DNA of 64,000 nt, taken from the NCBI GenBank assembly GCA_002633005.1, contig NMRA01000267.1:1-64000 (forward strand), written 5' to 3'. Each line of letters begins with the position of its first letter. Position 1 is the first letter of the stretch. Origin of the DNA: Phoronis australis (lineage: Eukaryota; Animalia; Phoronida). The notes under the pieces are model-generated. The model was not told the origin of the DNA, searched no databases, and saw only the letters and a list, made by a program, of their open reading frames with translations. A program made the translations under genes and the position numbers. Shown one piece after another: positions 1-12,300 of the stretch.

Positions 1-44
1 CGTTACCCCCCTGACTGACCCCTTTTAGTTTGTGCTGGTCAAGT
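1..44 (-). CDS. Candidate further C-terminal prominin exon: (R)LDQHKLKR...
   Basis: Strong polypyrimidine acceptor (tttcccttctcctgtttctttgcatgcAG, 45-73); open in the required phase 2; possible GTCAGT donor at about 14-19. No homology support. Confidence 0.3.
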
Positions 45-1594
45 CTGCATGCAAAGAAACAGGAGAAGGGAAATCAATAAAGTAAAGACACTGGGATCCA
101 AGGATAGGATACATCCATGCACTATTCTACAAAACAAAACAGACAAGACACACTAGTAAGGCCAATCGAAGTCCACAATATTCAGTCTACAGATTCAAGA
201 CATTTCTTATCACTTACAAAGGCATCACAGACTGCAGGTGTTCAGTACAATTAGGAGGTACTTTGAATTTTTTGTCAAAGCATTCTGGAGAATAACTTTT
301 GCTAAGAAAGTGCAATTTTGAGTTAGCACCTTCGTTTGGAGACGGCATACAATGGCTCAATGGTCACCAAGGTTTAAAAAAGACTGGAAATTTTACCAAT
401 CAAGCATGGAATAAACTTTTATGCAATGCAGCTGGTCAATATCCGAGTCAAGTCTGAAGTCAAGTTTAATGTTCTAGATTGAAAAGACAGCACTCAACAC
501 TGACTTCAAGGACGTCCGCTTTTATCCTTCACAATCAACTGCTTACTTTTAAAGTTATGTAGGCCCGTATCAGCAAGTCTTAGCATTCGCATACTCAAGA
601 CAGTACATATTATGTTCCGAAAGCAAAAAGACTGGATAATTCAATGTTTTACTAATACAAATCTGGCATCGACTAGGTCACATGACCTTGTTTTTTTAGT
701 AAATGTTAGCAAAAAAGAAACTAGGTACCATCATTGCAGAATAAAGGTGTGAAAAACAAGACCAGATTTCGCTTAATATATTCAAATCTTAAAAATGCTT
801 TCTTAGTTTTCTAACTTAACATTTCATTTTTGTTTTAAGAAACATTTCAGATTATCCACAAAAATCATTGAAGTCCTACTTTTGAAAGCCTCTCAGTCGA
901 TAAAGCACAGAATCTGAATGTTTCATATTGATCGAACCCGCCACTTTTTGAGATATGCCTTTCGGAGGTTGGCCAAATTTAGACATTTTCTTAGGGTCAT
1001 GCATAACCTTATAAGTAAATAATATTTCTAGATAATATGGGGTTTTCCTCATTTTCTGTAATAAAACCAGTTTGGCAAGGATGGGTTTTGTAGATAGACT
1101 TCATTAAATGTGCACTTCAATCATACCTAAAAACAACTATAGCTATTGTGAGTGCATTTGACTGAATATTAAAAGGATTCTTCAATGCGATTTTCATACA
1201 GTGACGAAACAACAACAAAGTTAAAGGAGTTGGAAGCGTACGTTGCCATGGCCACAACATATCACGGATGGGACATTCACTAGAAAGCTGAAACACTAAG
1301 ACAAGATGCATCAAACCACAGTCATTAAGACAACTCACCAATGAATATCACAAACAAAACACAAAGACAGTAGTTGAGTTTTGTTCAAAATGTTGACTGT
1401 TTCATAACGAGCTTAATTACAAAACATGTTAATTACACCACTAAGAACCAATGGGTATATTGAAAAGTTATTAAGTTAAATATAAATTAGGCTTCTTAGA
1501 ATAAATCTATGCCATTCATCAGCATAGTAAAAGGTTTTCACAATGAAGTTTCTTGGTTAGAATTTTATTTCAAGGAAAAAGGAGTTAAAATAAT

Positions 1595-2028
1595 GGGGCA
1601 TTCACATATTACATCATCACTGGAGAGAGGAGGAAGGGTTCGAAAAAATGATAATTTATGACAGCGGGAGGGGGTTAGACTCACAGTGACATTGTCGTGT
1701 GGTTTATAAGAATATCTCCATTACAGTAGATATAGTTGGGAAATTGGTTCACCTTCCATGGGAATTGACAAATGATTCCAAAACCAGAACCTGCCATTTC
1801 ATGCTTCCAAGATTTGATCATATTTCACTAGACTTGATTAAACATGTACACAACAGCAGACCCATTCCATCCCTGCCTAAATGGGGGGAGGGGGGGGTAG
1901 GTTGGCTGTGATGACGTAATTAGAGGCTAGACAGGGAGAGGGCTTATATCATGATGAGGGGTGATGATGGAAGGGTGAGGGGAGATAAAAAATGGCAAAT
2001 TTTGTATGACATAATATAGGAATGTTCC
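1595..2028. mobile_element. Probable MITE with G-rich interior
   Basis: Imperfect TIRs GGGGCATTCACATATTACATCA / TGACATAATATAGGAATGTTCC. Confidence 0.45.
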
Positions 2029-2418
2029 TTAATGCTCCTTTACAATCATTATCAAACGTTTGCAGTCTCCACACAATACTAACAACATTAACCAAGGCAA
2101 TTCACTATTGTAAGTAAAATTAGATGGAACCAACAGAAAAGTAAAATGGAGGTGTAACAAGGAAGTAGCATGCACTTGACCGGTGCTAAGCAAATGAAGT
2201 ACTTCCATAGAGCAACAAATGGAAAGAGGGACAACGTGGGACCAATGACCACATTTAACACAAAGATGACAGTATGTCACAGTGGTGAGCCTCAGTTACG
2301 GACTTAGGTTTAGATCTAGTGCTTGTTGACAAACAGGGCCTTGCATAAAGGATCTCTCACCTTTGGTGCTCAACCTTAACTTGAATGTGAGAAAAGATCT
2401 GTGTAAATCAATGGTGGG

Positions 2419-2553
2419 AATGTATCCTGGGACTAATGCAAAGTACTACTGTGCCATGAAGAGGCTATTCTTACTAAAACACGTCAACATGAAATGTATC
2501 CTGGGACTAATGCATAGTACTACTGTGCCATGAAGAGGCTATCACGTCAACAT
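2419..2553. repeat. Two-copy direct repeat, about 60-73 bp
   Basis: AATGTATCCTGGGACTAATGCA.AGTACTACTGTGCCATGAAGAGGCTAT...CACGTCAACAT twice. Confidence 0.85.
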
Positions 2554-3316
2554 AAAAAACCTGGTTGTGCATTAAAGCACATGAACCTGATGGTGGACAT
2601 CATCTTAATAAAATGAAGAAACTTTGGTGGGAAACAGGGGATATGCAAACTTTAGATGTTTTGCACATAAACGAAGTTACGCCAACCGCAACTAATTGGT
2701 GCCAAGAGTCATTGGTCCCACGTGGCCAGCCAGGATTACTCCACAAAGTTCCCATCCATATAATCACCCCGAATTCATCTACAAGTTACAGCCCCAGGAC
2801 CTCCCATAATAAAAAGCAACACCGGAATTTTTATGTCATGCTGTTGAGCACACTAAATGCTTACAGTAACATATAAAGCAGATTAAAAACCAACCATGAA
2901 TTTCATATATAAATGGAGGTACTTATAATGGCATTACTGTCTAGGTCTAAGTTTCAGGAAATGCATTTTAACATTTTTCACAACCATCGGTCATCGGATA
3001 TTCTACTAAGACAAAAAACTACTAAAGACTCTACAAGAGCAAACAATTTTTTCACAAATTGGAAAGAGTGAACACTAAGGACAAGACCACAAACACACGC
3101 ATTATGATTTCTCAGTGATATGCATTATTTCAACAAAAGAATACAAATTTGCAATGAAGTAATTGTTTTGAAAAATAGAATTAGCACTAGACAAATGAGA
3201 ACATTGAACTTGAACAATGTGCATAAAACAAATTTCAGGGTAACATTACCATCTGAATAATAAAATACACGGAGTCTTACAGTAACTTGAGTGACTGGAG
3301 AATTGCAAACACTCAC

Positions 3317-3370
3317 CTGTCCAGTGGAATTGTGTCACCTGGGTTCACTCCCTCGTAGTCGTCATAATCA
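3317..3370 (-). CDS. PROM1: Prominin exon (54 nt), cytoplasmic tail
   Basis: [17 protein letters not shown]; tttcAG / GTGAGT; resembles the YDD..TIP segment of prominin tails; phase 2 to 2. Confidence 0.8.
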
Positions 3371-6300
3371 CTGAAAGTATGCAACAAAATATCAAGCAAA
3401 AATCAACAATAAGTAAGGGTTCCCACCAATTTTTAATAAATCTTTATTATCAATGTGTTACTTTTCGAGGAAAAAGCTTTTACCACAAGTGTTTAAACAA
3501 AATCAATAAAACCAACGGCTAAAAATATCCAAAGCACATATTTTATAATTTGTTCCACTTATAGGGCTTTAATGTTCACTTCAAAATACTTTTGAACACA
3601 CAAAGTCCTTGTCAGCACTTGATCTTATAACAGTAATTAAAACTAGAGCTTACACTCCGCCTAACTGCGATGGGTCGTACTTCTCCGTCCGTCTGTACAG
3701 ACCCACTAGGTTCACGGCCAGAACAATACATGGTATAAAGAAGAAGAGACACCAGCCGAAGCAGTACCAGAAACCATTCTACAAGAAACAATGCAGGCTA
3801 GCCAATCGTCATCACTAACAAACTGAACAGTTTATAGTCTTCTTTTCTCTTTTTATTCTTTTCTCACAGGCTATATTTCTTTTCCCAGGCACAGCAGTAG
3901 GCCTGTCCTGAAATAGCACAGCACCACTCCCATTCTAAGGCACTTACCCATAATGCAACACACGTGTGAAGCACTTGCTGTTGTCATTATCTAATTTCCT
4001 GATCATATGCAATTTATCATGAAATGCAGGCAAACTTAAACAAGACCTAATGCATTTTGACTTGAAATGCAAAAACCAAGAAATTGTATGCATTTAAGTT
4101 ATTAATGAACATGGGAATGCCTGAGTAGGTCAGTCATGCAATATATTTGTCAGCCACCACCAAACAGAAACATTCAATAGGGGATGGGTCCATTTTTTTC
4201 TTAAACACATTTCTTTCTTGACAAACCACAGTTGCATCCTCGGGAGTATTTGATAACGTAAAGCCTTTGCCAGACACTAGCACTCAGAAATCTTGTCTCA
4301 AGCAACACACATAAAAGCTGTGTTTAATTAGTTGAATAATTCTACATTCCACCGCCTTCGACCAATCATTTCAGGGGGCGACCATATAGCTAGTGTCCAC
4401 AAGTACAGTGGTGAACTTACTTGTGGAACTGTAGCCTGACACACACAAGATCTTACCTGATCTCGCATGAAATCGTCAAACTCACAAGAGACTTGTGTAA
4501 CAGTACACCACACTGTTGCAGTATATAGTTTTACTCAACCACACTTTTCCACTTTAAAAGGAACTGTGGTTCATGAGAAAAGATACATGCTTTAAACAAT
4601 GTAAGAAAAATGTTAACAAATCCCATACGATCTTCACCAACTTAAAGGCATTGACTGTAATTTTAATGTTCATTTCAATCATTATATGCAAATCAAAGCC
4701 TTACAAATGGCTCCAGCACATAGACACAGGCACCATCTATTACATGATTGAGAGCATCATAAATAGGTCGACACTTTCCGATGTCATTTCTTATCTGTAA
4801 AAGAGAAAATCCAATAAAACTTGAGAAGCTAAGTGGACAGAGCCCCATTGGAAGTTCCGTCATCCAAAAATTTAAAACTATTAAGTACACTGCACAACAT
4901 CTTATAGACTTCAAGAATATGTTGAGCCCCTTGAGAGGGGATGAGAGGAAGTACTCAGATACTAGTTAAAAAATATCAAAGCAAATACATTGTTCAAGAA
5001 AAATAAATAAAACATACCCTCATCTTCAACCCACTAGCAAAAGACTCCACAGACTTTTCGACTTCGCCAGTAGTGTTTTTTACTTTCTGCAAAAAGCAAA
5101 ATTCAAATTAAACAAAATAACACTGGCACATATGGAACCTCAGGAATGAATTTACCTTTAGAAAACATCCTTCTTTACTCAATGTTTACATAACTCTACA
5201 TTCCATTTGCACTTGGTGATTTCAAACCATAGACTTCAAGTTTTCACCTTTCCAATCTCACCTCAGGTGTAAAAGCAAATGACAATTGTGCCAAACATAT
5301 TAAACACAAGTTATATTTTCAAGCAAACACTTGATTGATTACAACTAAACTCCTTAGTCACCAAGTACATTCTAAACTGGTGGCAACCCGTTGGTGCTTA
5401 CTAACTTTTCTTCCTTCTAAAACCGAGTACTGTCACAATGAGAAAGCGGCGATTTCACAAATTAGAAACAAAATTTTGCCCCTTGTCTAGAGAATGAAGC
5501 CAGGCCTGAACTGATATTCTAATCTTTTACATATTAACCTTGCAGAAAAGGTGTTTTATGCAACTAAGACAACATTGAACACCAGTGGCCGTAACTGACT
5601 ACAAATTTATAACAAGTGCGTGCATCAGAGTCAACAGTCACAATAAACTCATTACATGACAGTCGTGAAGTTCTTACTGTCCCACACTCTCTGAAGACCT
5701 CTAATGAGTGCCCTTTTGGCGAATAATTCGAAGTTTAAGTGATAAAACCAGAGTGCGTCGAGCTCTCACCTGATTCACATATGTAGTTCCGTTGTTGTTC
5801 ACGCTGCTTTCTGCCTTTTTAATTCCCTCAAGCAAACTGTCAGTTTCAGACTGAAATGTAGTCACCAAATGTGTGAATCTTGTCAACTAAAACCAGCCAA
5901 ACACAAATTTTATGTCTTGTGGTCTGAGGTTACAAAGCATGAATTGTATTCAGCAGAAATCGATATTAAAGTACGCTGACAACATGTCCTATGAGCTATC
6001 ATCTTCACCCGACACATAGAACACAGTCGTTTCTTATGCGTTTTTAAGGACATTTGTAAGCAGGGTTACCCAAAAAGACTGAAATCAACAAAGAAAGTAA
6101 CCATACTTTCAGAACATTTACATGACTCCAACTTCAACCTTTCTGCCTTGAAAAGATCAATCAACAAATAGTTAAAATGAGTTTAAGTCATTCATCAGTT
6201 CTAGTCTCATAACAAGCCAAAAAGCTTTACAAAACAATTTGTGTCTAACTGACGCAATGATTTTTTATAGATTATCCATGTCACAAATGTACATCAATGT

Positions 6301-9300
6301 CCGACTTTGGAGCCTTTATTTCAGGAATGTTTCCTGCTCTTCCATGTGAGCATTTATGAAGCAGAGTAAGTCAAATCGAAATCGTACAAAGTGATTATTA
6401 CTAAAGCAGTCTATACCTTAATGTCAGCACTTTTCTTCACTTCCTTTGTTGCTTCTTCCAATTCGTCCTGAAAAGAAAGAAGAGTGACATGTTCAGAGTA
6501 CAATTTTAGAAAGAGACTGTACATATTATTCGAAGATGGGTATTATTTTTATTATTCATCCAAGTGAATAACCAGATGAGAAGAAACTAGAAATCATAAC
6601 TTCTGGAATTATAAAATAAATTTCCCAATGCTGCAGATCTGCCTCTCTCCTTCTAGTGGAAATGACTGGTTCATGCGAAAAATTCCGTCACCCTCTGCTG
6701 GTGTTCACATAAAACAACTGCAAGGCCCTAGGGCCTATTCCAAGAAAACTGACTTACCTAACACAGATCTAAAATTTCAGGCAATTTTAGGACAAAACTT
6801 AAGATTTGTCTCTAGTCTGTTTCAAGAAAGAAATCTTAAGTTTGACTTATTAAAAGTTTTGGACTTGAGTTTCCTCTTAATTTTGACTAATACAACGGGT
6901 GTGGAAGTTTAAATGTTGGGAAGTTAAGGCAAATCTTAAGAGACTGAAGCCAAAAACGAACTTAAGTCAGGTTCTTGGAACGGTTCCCTGGACCATCAGC
7001 CAGACAACTTAAGAATGATTCTATATAAAAACCATATGAAAATGAAAAATCAAAGACTATATACTCAAAAAATCACACACAGCTAATATTTTGTGCATGC
7101 TGGCCCAAAGTGCACTACTGCAATATTTGCACTCAATGACCTTTGGTCACCGAAATATGACCTATTTGGCTATAAAGGCATATTTTGCATTTTTTTCATG
7201 TCAGTAAAACTGCATTTTTTGAATGGCAAAAAATCAGACTTGGAAAACTGGTGACAAAGTTTGACATTGATGGTAATAAAGGCTCATGTAAGGTTAGTAA
7301 GAAAATGAAATTTACAACTCATAGGTACAATTAAATTTCCAGCAGAGGAGAAAACTCCTAGACCACTTTTCAGGCCAGTCACAAGTGACAAGATGATGCT
7401 TAAGCAGCCTGCTATATCAGAATATATTTGAAGTTAAAATTCTCTGTGTAGACACATCTAAGATTGAACATTGATAATTGCTTTTAAAAAATCTCTCAGA
7501 CTGTCTCTTATATATTTAGTGCTAAATGTGGCCTTTGAATTTGGGCATTTTTGTGATGTGGCCTTCCTCTGACTGAGAAGAGAATTGAGGCTACTCTTTT
7601 AGTTCAGAGATATCACCTAAAATATATGATCTAATATCAAGAATACAATATCACAAGAATTCAAGTTTCACTTTTGAGTCTCCAATTTTCTGAAAAACAC
7701 CATGTTTGTTTAACTTTGCCACTAGCAGTTTAGGGTTCGAGATTACATGCACTTCTTGTCACTGCAAAGAATATGGAGGAATTTCCTTCTTGTACATTTG
7801 GTCAATTTTCGTTACAAAACTGTGATCGCGGAGGAAATGTGGCCTTCAGTAGCTATGTTAAAGACGTCAGAAGTCATCTGAGGTCGTGCAAAGTGCCACA
7901 TAAGTTTGTAAGTATATGGTAATTACAGTTGATTCTTGCCAGAGCTGGAGAGTTGGATGCTGTGAGAGAGGAGGCTAGACTTGCAAATCAATGGAAATGC
8001 GCCGTTATATGTTTTACACATCGACATGAGTTTGGACTTGGCTTTAGACAAAAATTGACGTGCTGTTATCCAGAACACACAGCTAGAACAAAGCGGAAGA
8101 TTGAACGTGGCGTTGACTTTCGCATGTCGCAATGGATTTTTCACCAGTTTGATTTGTTAGTCCCTGTTGGTGCAATTGCAAAAAAGTTACTTCATATTTA
8201 TCACAACTGTTGGCCTGAGTCAACAGGTCATGACTTCAGTTCACAATATTGTATTAGCTCTCGCTGACAACTTTCGACTTACTGACTGCCCAGGGGCGCA
8301 AACCTGTTAAGCCTATCCAGTTAGCGGGTTAGGATGGGCTGCATGATTGATTCTAAAGCTATTGAAACTACTGAGATTTTTAAAGTAGTGATTTTCTAGT
8401 TTTGAGAAATGTCTATCTTAGACACGTGTTCTGAGCAAAATAAAAGGACTTTGTGTTTCAGTAGCTCTCGTTTTCTTCAAACAAAATGCAGTTTTTTGAA
8501 GTGTTGGGTGGAAATGCATCATACACTAAACCTAGCATACCTTCAAGAAACTGTGGTTTTGAGTCCGCCGCATGAACGGAATATACACATTGAGAAACTT
8601 TTAGCTGGTAAGTCTCAACAACACCTAATACTTTAAATACTGGTTTGGAAAGCCGGTAACTTGGATATCACTGAAAGTATTATGTTTTCAATCGGAAATA
8701 TCCGCACCTGTAATTTTTCTAAAATTACAAATTCCATTGAATTCCAATGACGCACTGCTACCATGCTCAGCCGCTTTTGTGCAGTACAAGAAGCATTGCG
8801 TGACCCTTTGTATGTCCAATAACATGACACTTCTGCTTGAATCCACCATCCTCTTTTCAGTTGTGATCTCGAAGATCTTGATTACTTTTAGTATGAGCTT
8901 TGTTAATAGTTGGAGAAGACTTTTTCAAGCGCATACACAGGGATTTGTCGAGGAGGTCTAAAAATGGACCAGCATGCACTGTAGGCAGTGCATTGGATTC
9001 TTAGTCCATTACAGTGTTCGAAAACTGACCAAGCAAGGGGTAATGGGCATCCTTAATAAGAATAAAACCTGCTTCTCTGAAGTATGAGATGGTGATGGGG
9101 GTTCTATTATTAACTTATCAGTACATTAAAATTGACTTTTTTGAGTTCTGTAATCCTCTAATAGATTTTTTTTTATTTTTGCACCAGCAGAACTGGAAAT
9201 ACGCGAAGAAAAAATCTCTCATACAGCTTCCCATGATCTCCTTCGTCACTGATGTAGCAAAACGAATGATATTTGTTCTATTTGGCATCTTAGTCGATAG

Positions 9301-12300
9301 ATAATTGCACAATTGAGTAGCGCCTCCTATTGACAGTCACAGATTGGCAGTTAAGAGTGTGAGTTATGTAAAAAACTGACTGTACAAAAACTATGAAAGA
9401 TACAAGAGTTTTTATTCTTGCATTGGGCTGAACAAATACAGCAGTAACAGATGGAATTTAACTCATGTTCCAAAAGAATCCGATATAGATTTGGGAGAGC
9501 GATAAATATGCGTAAAAATGGGCTTAATAATGAGTGACAAGAGCAACGCGGAGCGTTGAAATGCGCCCACAATTGCACCGCATACGGTATCCTTCTAGGG
9601 TTGTTTATTGGTACCATAAAGTGGCCAGTAGAGGGCATACTTTGCAAAATGGAAAGGCATGGTCATTGTCTCCTCAATGGGCTAGGGGCAAAATGTGAGT
9701 AATCTTCATAATACAAGCACATCCTATACCTCAGTTGCTTAAAACACCACAGAAACATAGAATTAAAAACAAATTTACCAACATACGAGATTAGCACAGC
9801 ATTAGAATGCCAGAAACAAATTTCTACTTGGAACTTTTCCTTCACAGTCACGAAGTAACACAAAGTATACACCTGAAGACCTATGAAAATACAGAGGTCA
9901 ATGTAAAATACTAAAATTGCCACTAGAGGCAAATACTAAAATTGCCACTAGAGGCATACCGGTAATCAGAATCATCCTAAAGTCGTCATCGTCCGTTGTC
10001 AACATCACATAAATACACTTGCTAAATTTAGTAAAGATCCTGCAAACGGTTTGGGAGATACAGCCATGGGCGCAAAAAAACAAAACTGCCACTAGGAGGC
10101 GCCACAGTAGTCCAAATCGTCTGAAAATCATTGTCAGCTGTCTTCCTTATAGTAAGCACATACACGCCAATTTTCACAATCATCCTTTGAGCGGTTTGGT
10201 TGATAGAGGGGTGGACGCAAAAATACAGACTCGAAAACAGTAAAAATGGCCACTAGGTGGCGCAAACTACGTCGAATCCATCTGAAAACAGTAGGATAGC
10301 GTCATCTCACTAATAGGTGCCTACATACCAAATTTCATGAAAATCCGTTCAATACTTTTGAAGATACAAAGGTAAGCGTAAAAAACTAAAATTGCCACTA
10401 GGGGGCACACCGGTAGTCGGATCCGACCAAAAGTCGTCATCTTCCGTTGTTAACATCATATAAATATACTTACACAATTTGTAAAGATCCTGCGAACGGT
10501 TTAGGAGATACAGCCATAGGCGCAAAAAAACAAAACTGCCACTAGGAGGCGCCACAGTAGTCGAAATCGTCGGAAAATCATCGTCAACCATCCTCTACAT
10601 AGTAAGCATATACATGCCAATTTTCACAATCATCCTTTGAGCGGTTTGGTTGATAGAGGGGTGGACGCACAAAAACAGACTCGAAAACACTAAAAATGGC
10701 CACTAGGTGGCGCAAACTATGTCGAATCCATCTGAAAACGGGAGGATAGCGTCATCTCACTAATAGGTGCCTACATACCAAATTTCATGAAAATCCAATA
10801 AGGACTTGTGAAGATACAAAGGTAAGCGTAAAAAAATTAAAATTGCCACTAGGGGGCACACCGGTAGTCGGATCCGTCCAAAAGTCGTCATCTTCCGTTG
10901 TTAACATCATATAAATATACTTACACAATTTCGTAAAGATCCTGCGAACGGTTTAGGAGATACAGCCATAGGCGCAAAAAAAAAAAAACTGCCACTAGGA
11001 GGCGCCACAGTAGTCGAAATCGTCGGAAAATCATCGTCAACCGTCCTCTACATAGTAAGCACATACATGCCAATTTTCACAATCATCCTTTGAGCGGTTT
11101 GGTTGATAGAGGGGTGGAAGCACAAAAACAGACTCGAAAACAGTAAAAATGGCCACTAGGTGGCGCAAACTATGTCGAATCCATCCGAAAACGGCAGGAT
11201 AGCGTCATCTCACTACTAGGTGCCTACATACCAAATTTCATGAAAATCCGTTCAGGACTTTTGAAGATACAAAGGTAAGCGTAAAAAACTAAAATTGCCA
11301 CTAGGGGGCACACCGGTAGTCGGATCCGTCCGAAAGTTCGCACATGCCGTCCCATTCATGAATGGAACATATGTGTCAAATTTCATGAACGTATGTCAAA
11401 GGGTTTTGGAGATAGAGCAGCGGACGCCGGACGCCGGACGCCGGACGGACGGACGGACGGACGGACGGACAGAGATGACGGCATAATGCGTCCACATATA
11501 AATATGTGGGCGCATAAAAATGATATTTTTGTAGGCTAAAATGGGAGGACATAAAAAATCAATAAATCCATCCAAACTAATTTTTCTTGTATGTTATTCT
11601 TTCTTCTTTCTGCTATATAGTTATTTTTTTCTATAGCGTAAAACAATGATGTGTTGTTGCTGACCAAAAATTAACCTTCTTCCCAGTACTTTTATTTGCT
11701 ATTTTTTAGAAAAGTACAAAGTGGTCGTAAAAAGGGTTAAAAAGACTCAGAAACTCTCAAAAAATGAGGCTCAGGTTACTTTTGACAAGGCCAGCTGATG
11801 TGCTAAGTTTAAAAAAAATTGATTTTGCATATATAGCCCACCATCTGGTTTTTATATGGAATTGCTCTTAAATCTGACATCATTGTCTATTTAAAGAGTG
11901 GCTCTTGACTTCATTCCAGACACCTTCTCTGACACCTCGCTCAAACCAAGAGCTTTCTCTCTCCAGTATCCTCACGTCTACACATTTTAGTGTTATGGAC
12001 AGCACAAAAAACAACAAGAATTGGCAAGTAGGATTATTCTTAAATAAATACAGTAAGGTCAACAGTGAGACTGGGTGGCAGTGTAACTTACAACTTTCCC
12101 CTCCATTGTCTCCACTTGATTTTCTTGTATTTGTTGAAGGGTGACAGCACTGTCAGTGAGATTGATCTGTGGAGAAGTGGCAAAATTACCCAGGATTCAA
12201 AGGACACATACTATCGTTCAGTGTGCCGCGTAACATTGCTTCAGCTACAATCATTTACCACTAGTTAAAACTAAGTCAACACTACCACTTCATGTTCTTC

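Noticed and set aside
9940-11330. CRISPR-like impression from a recurring GCCACTAG motif at regular spacing
   Set aside because: Intervening sequences are themselves repeated (3-unit higher-order satellite), about 130-145 bp long, inside a transposon in a eukaryotic intron, with no cas genes.
9351-11486. Short ORFs repeated at 43620-44859 and 19603-19885
   Set aside because: Chance frames in a non-autonomous repeat; no Rep/helicase motifs.
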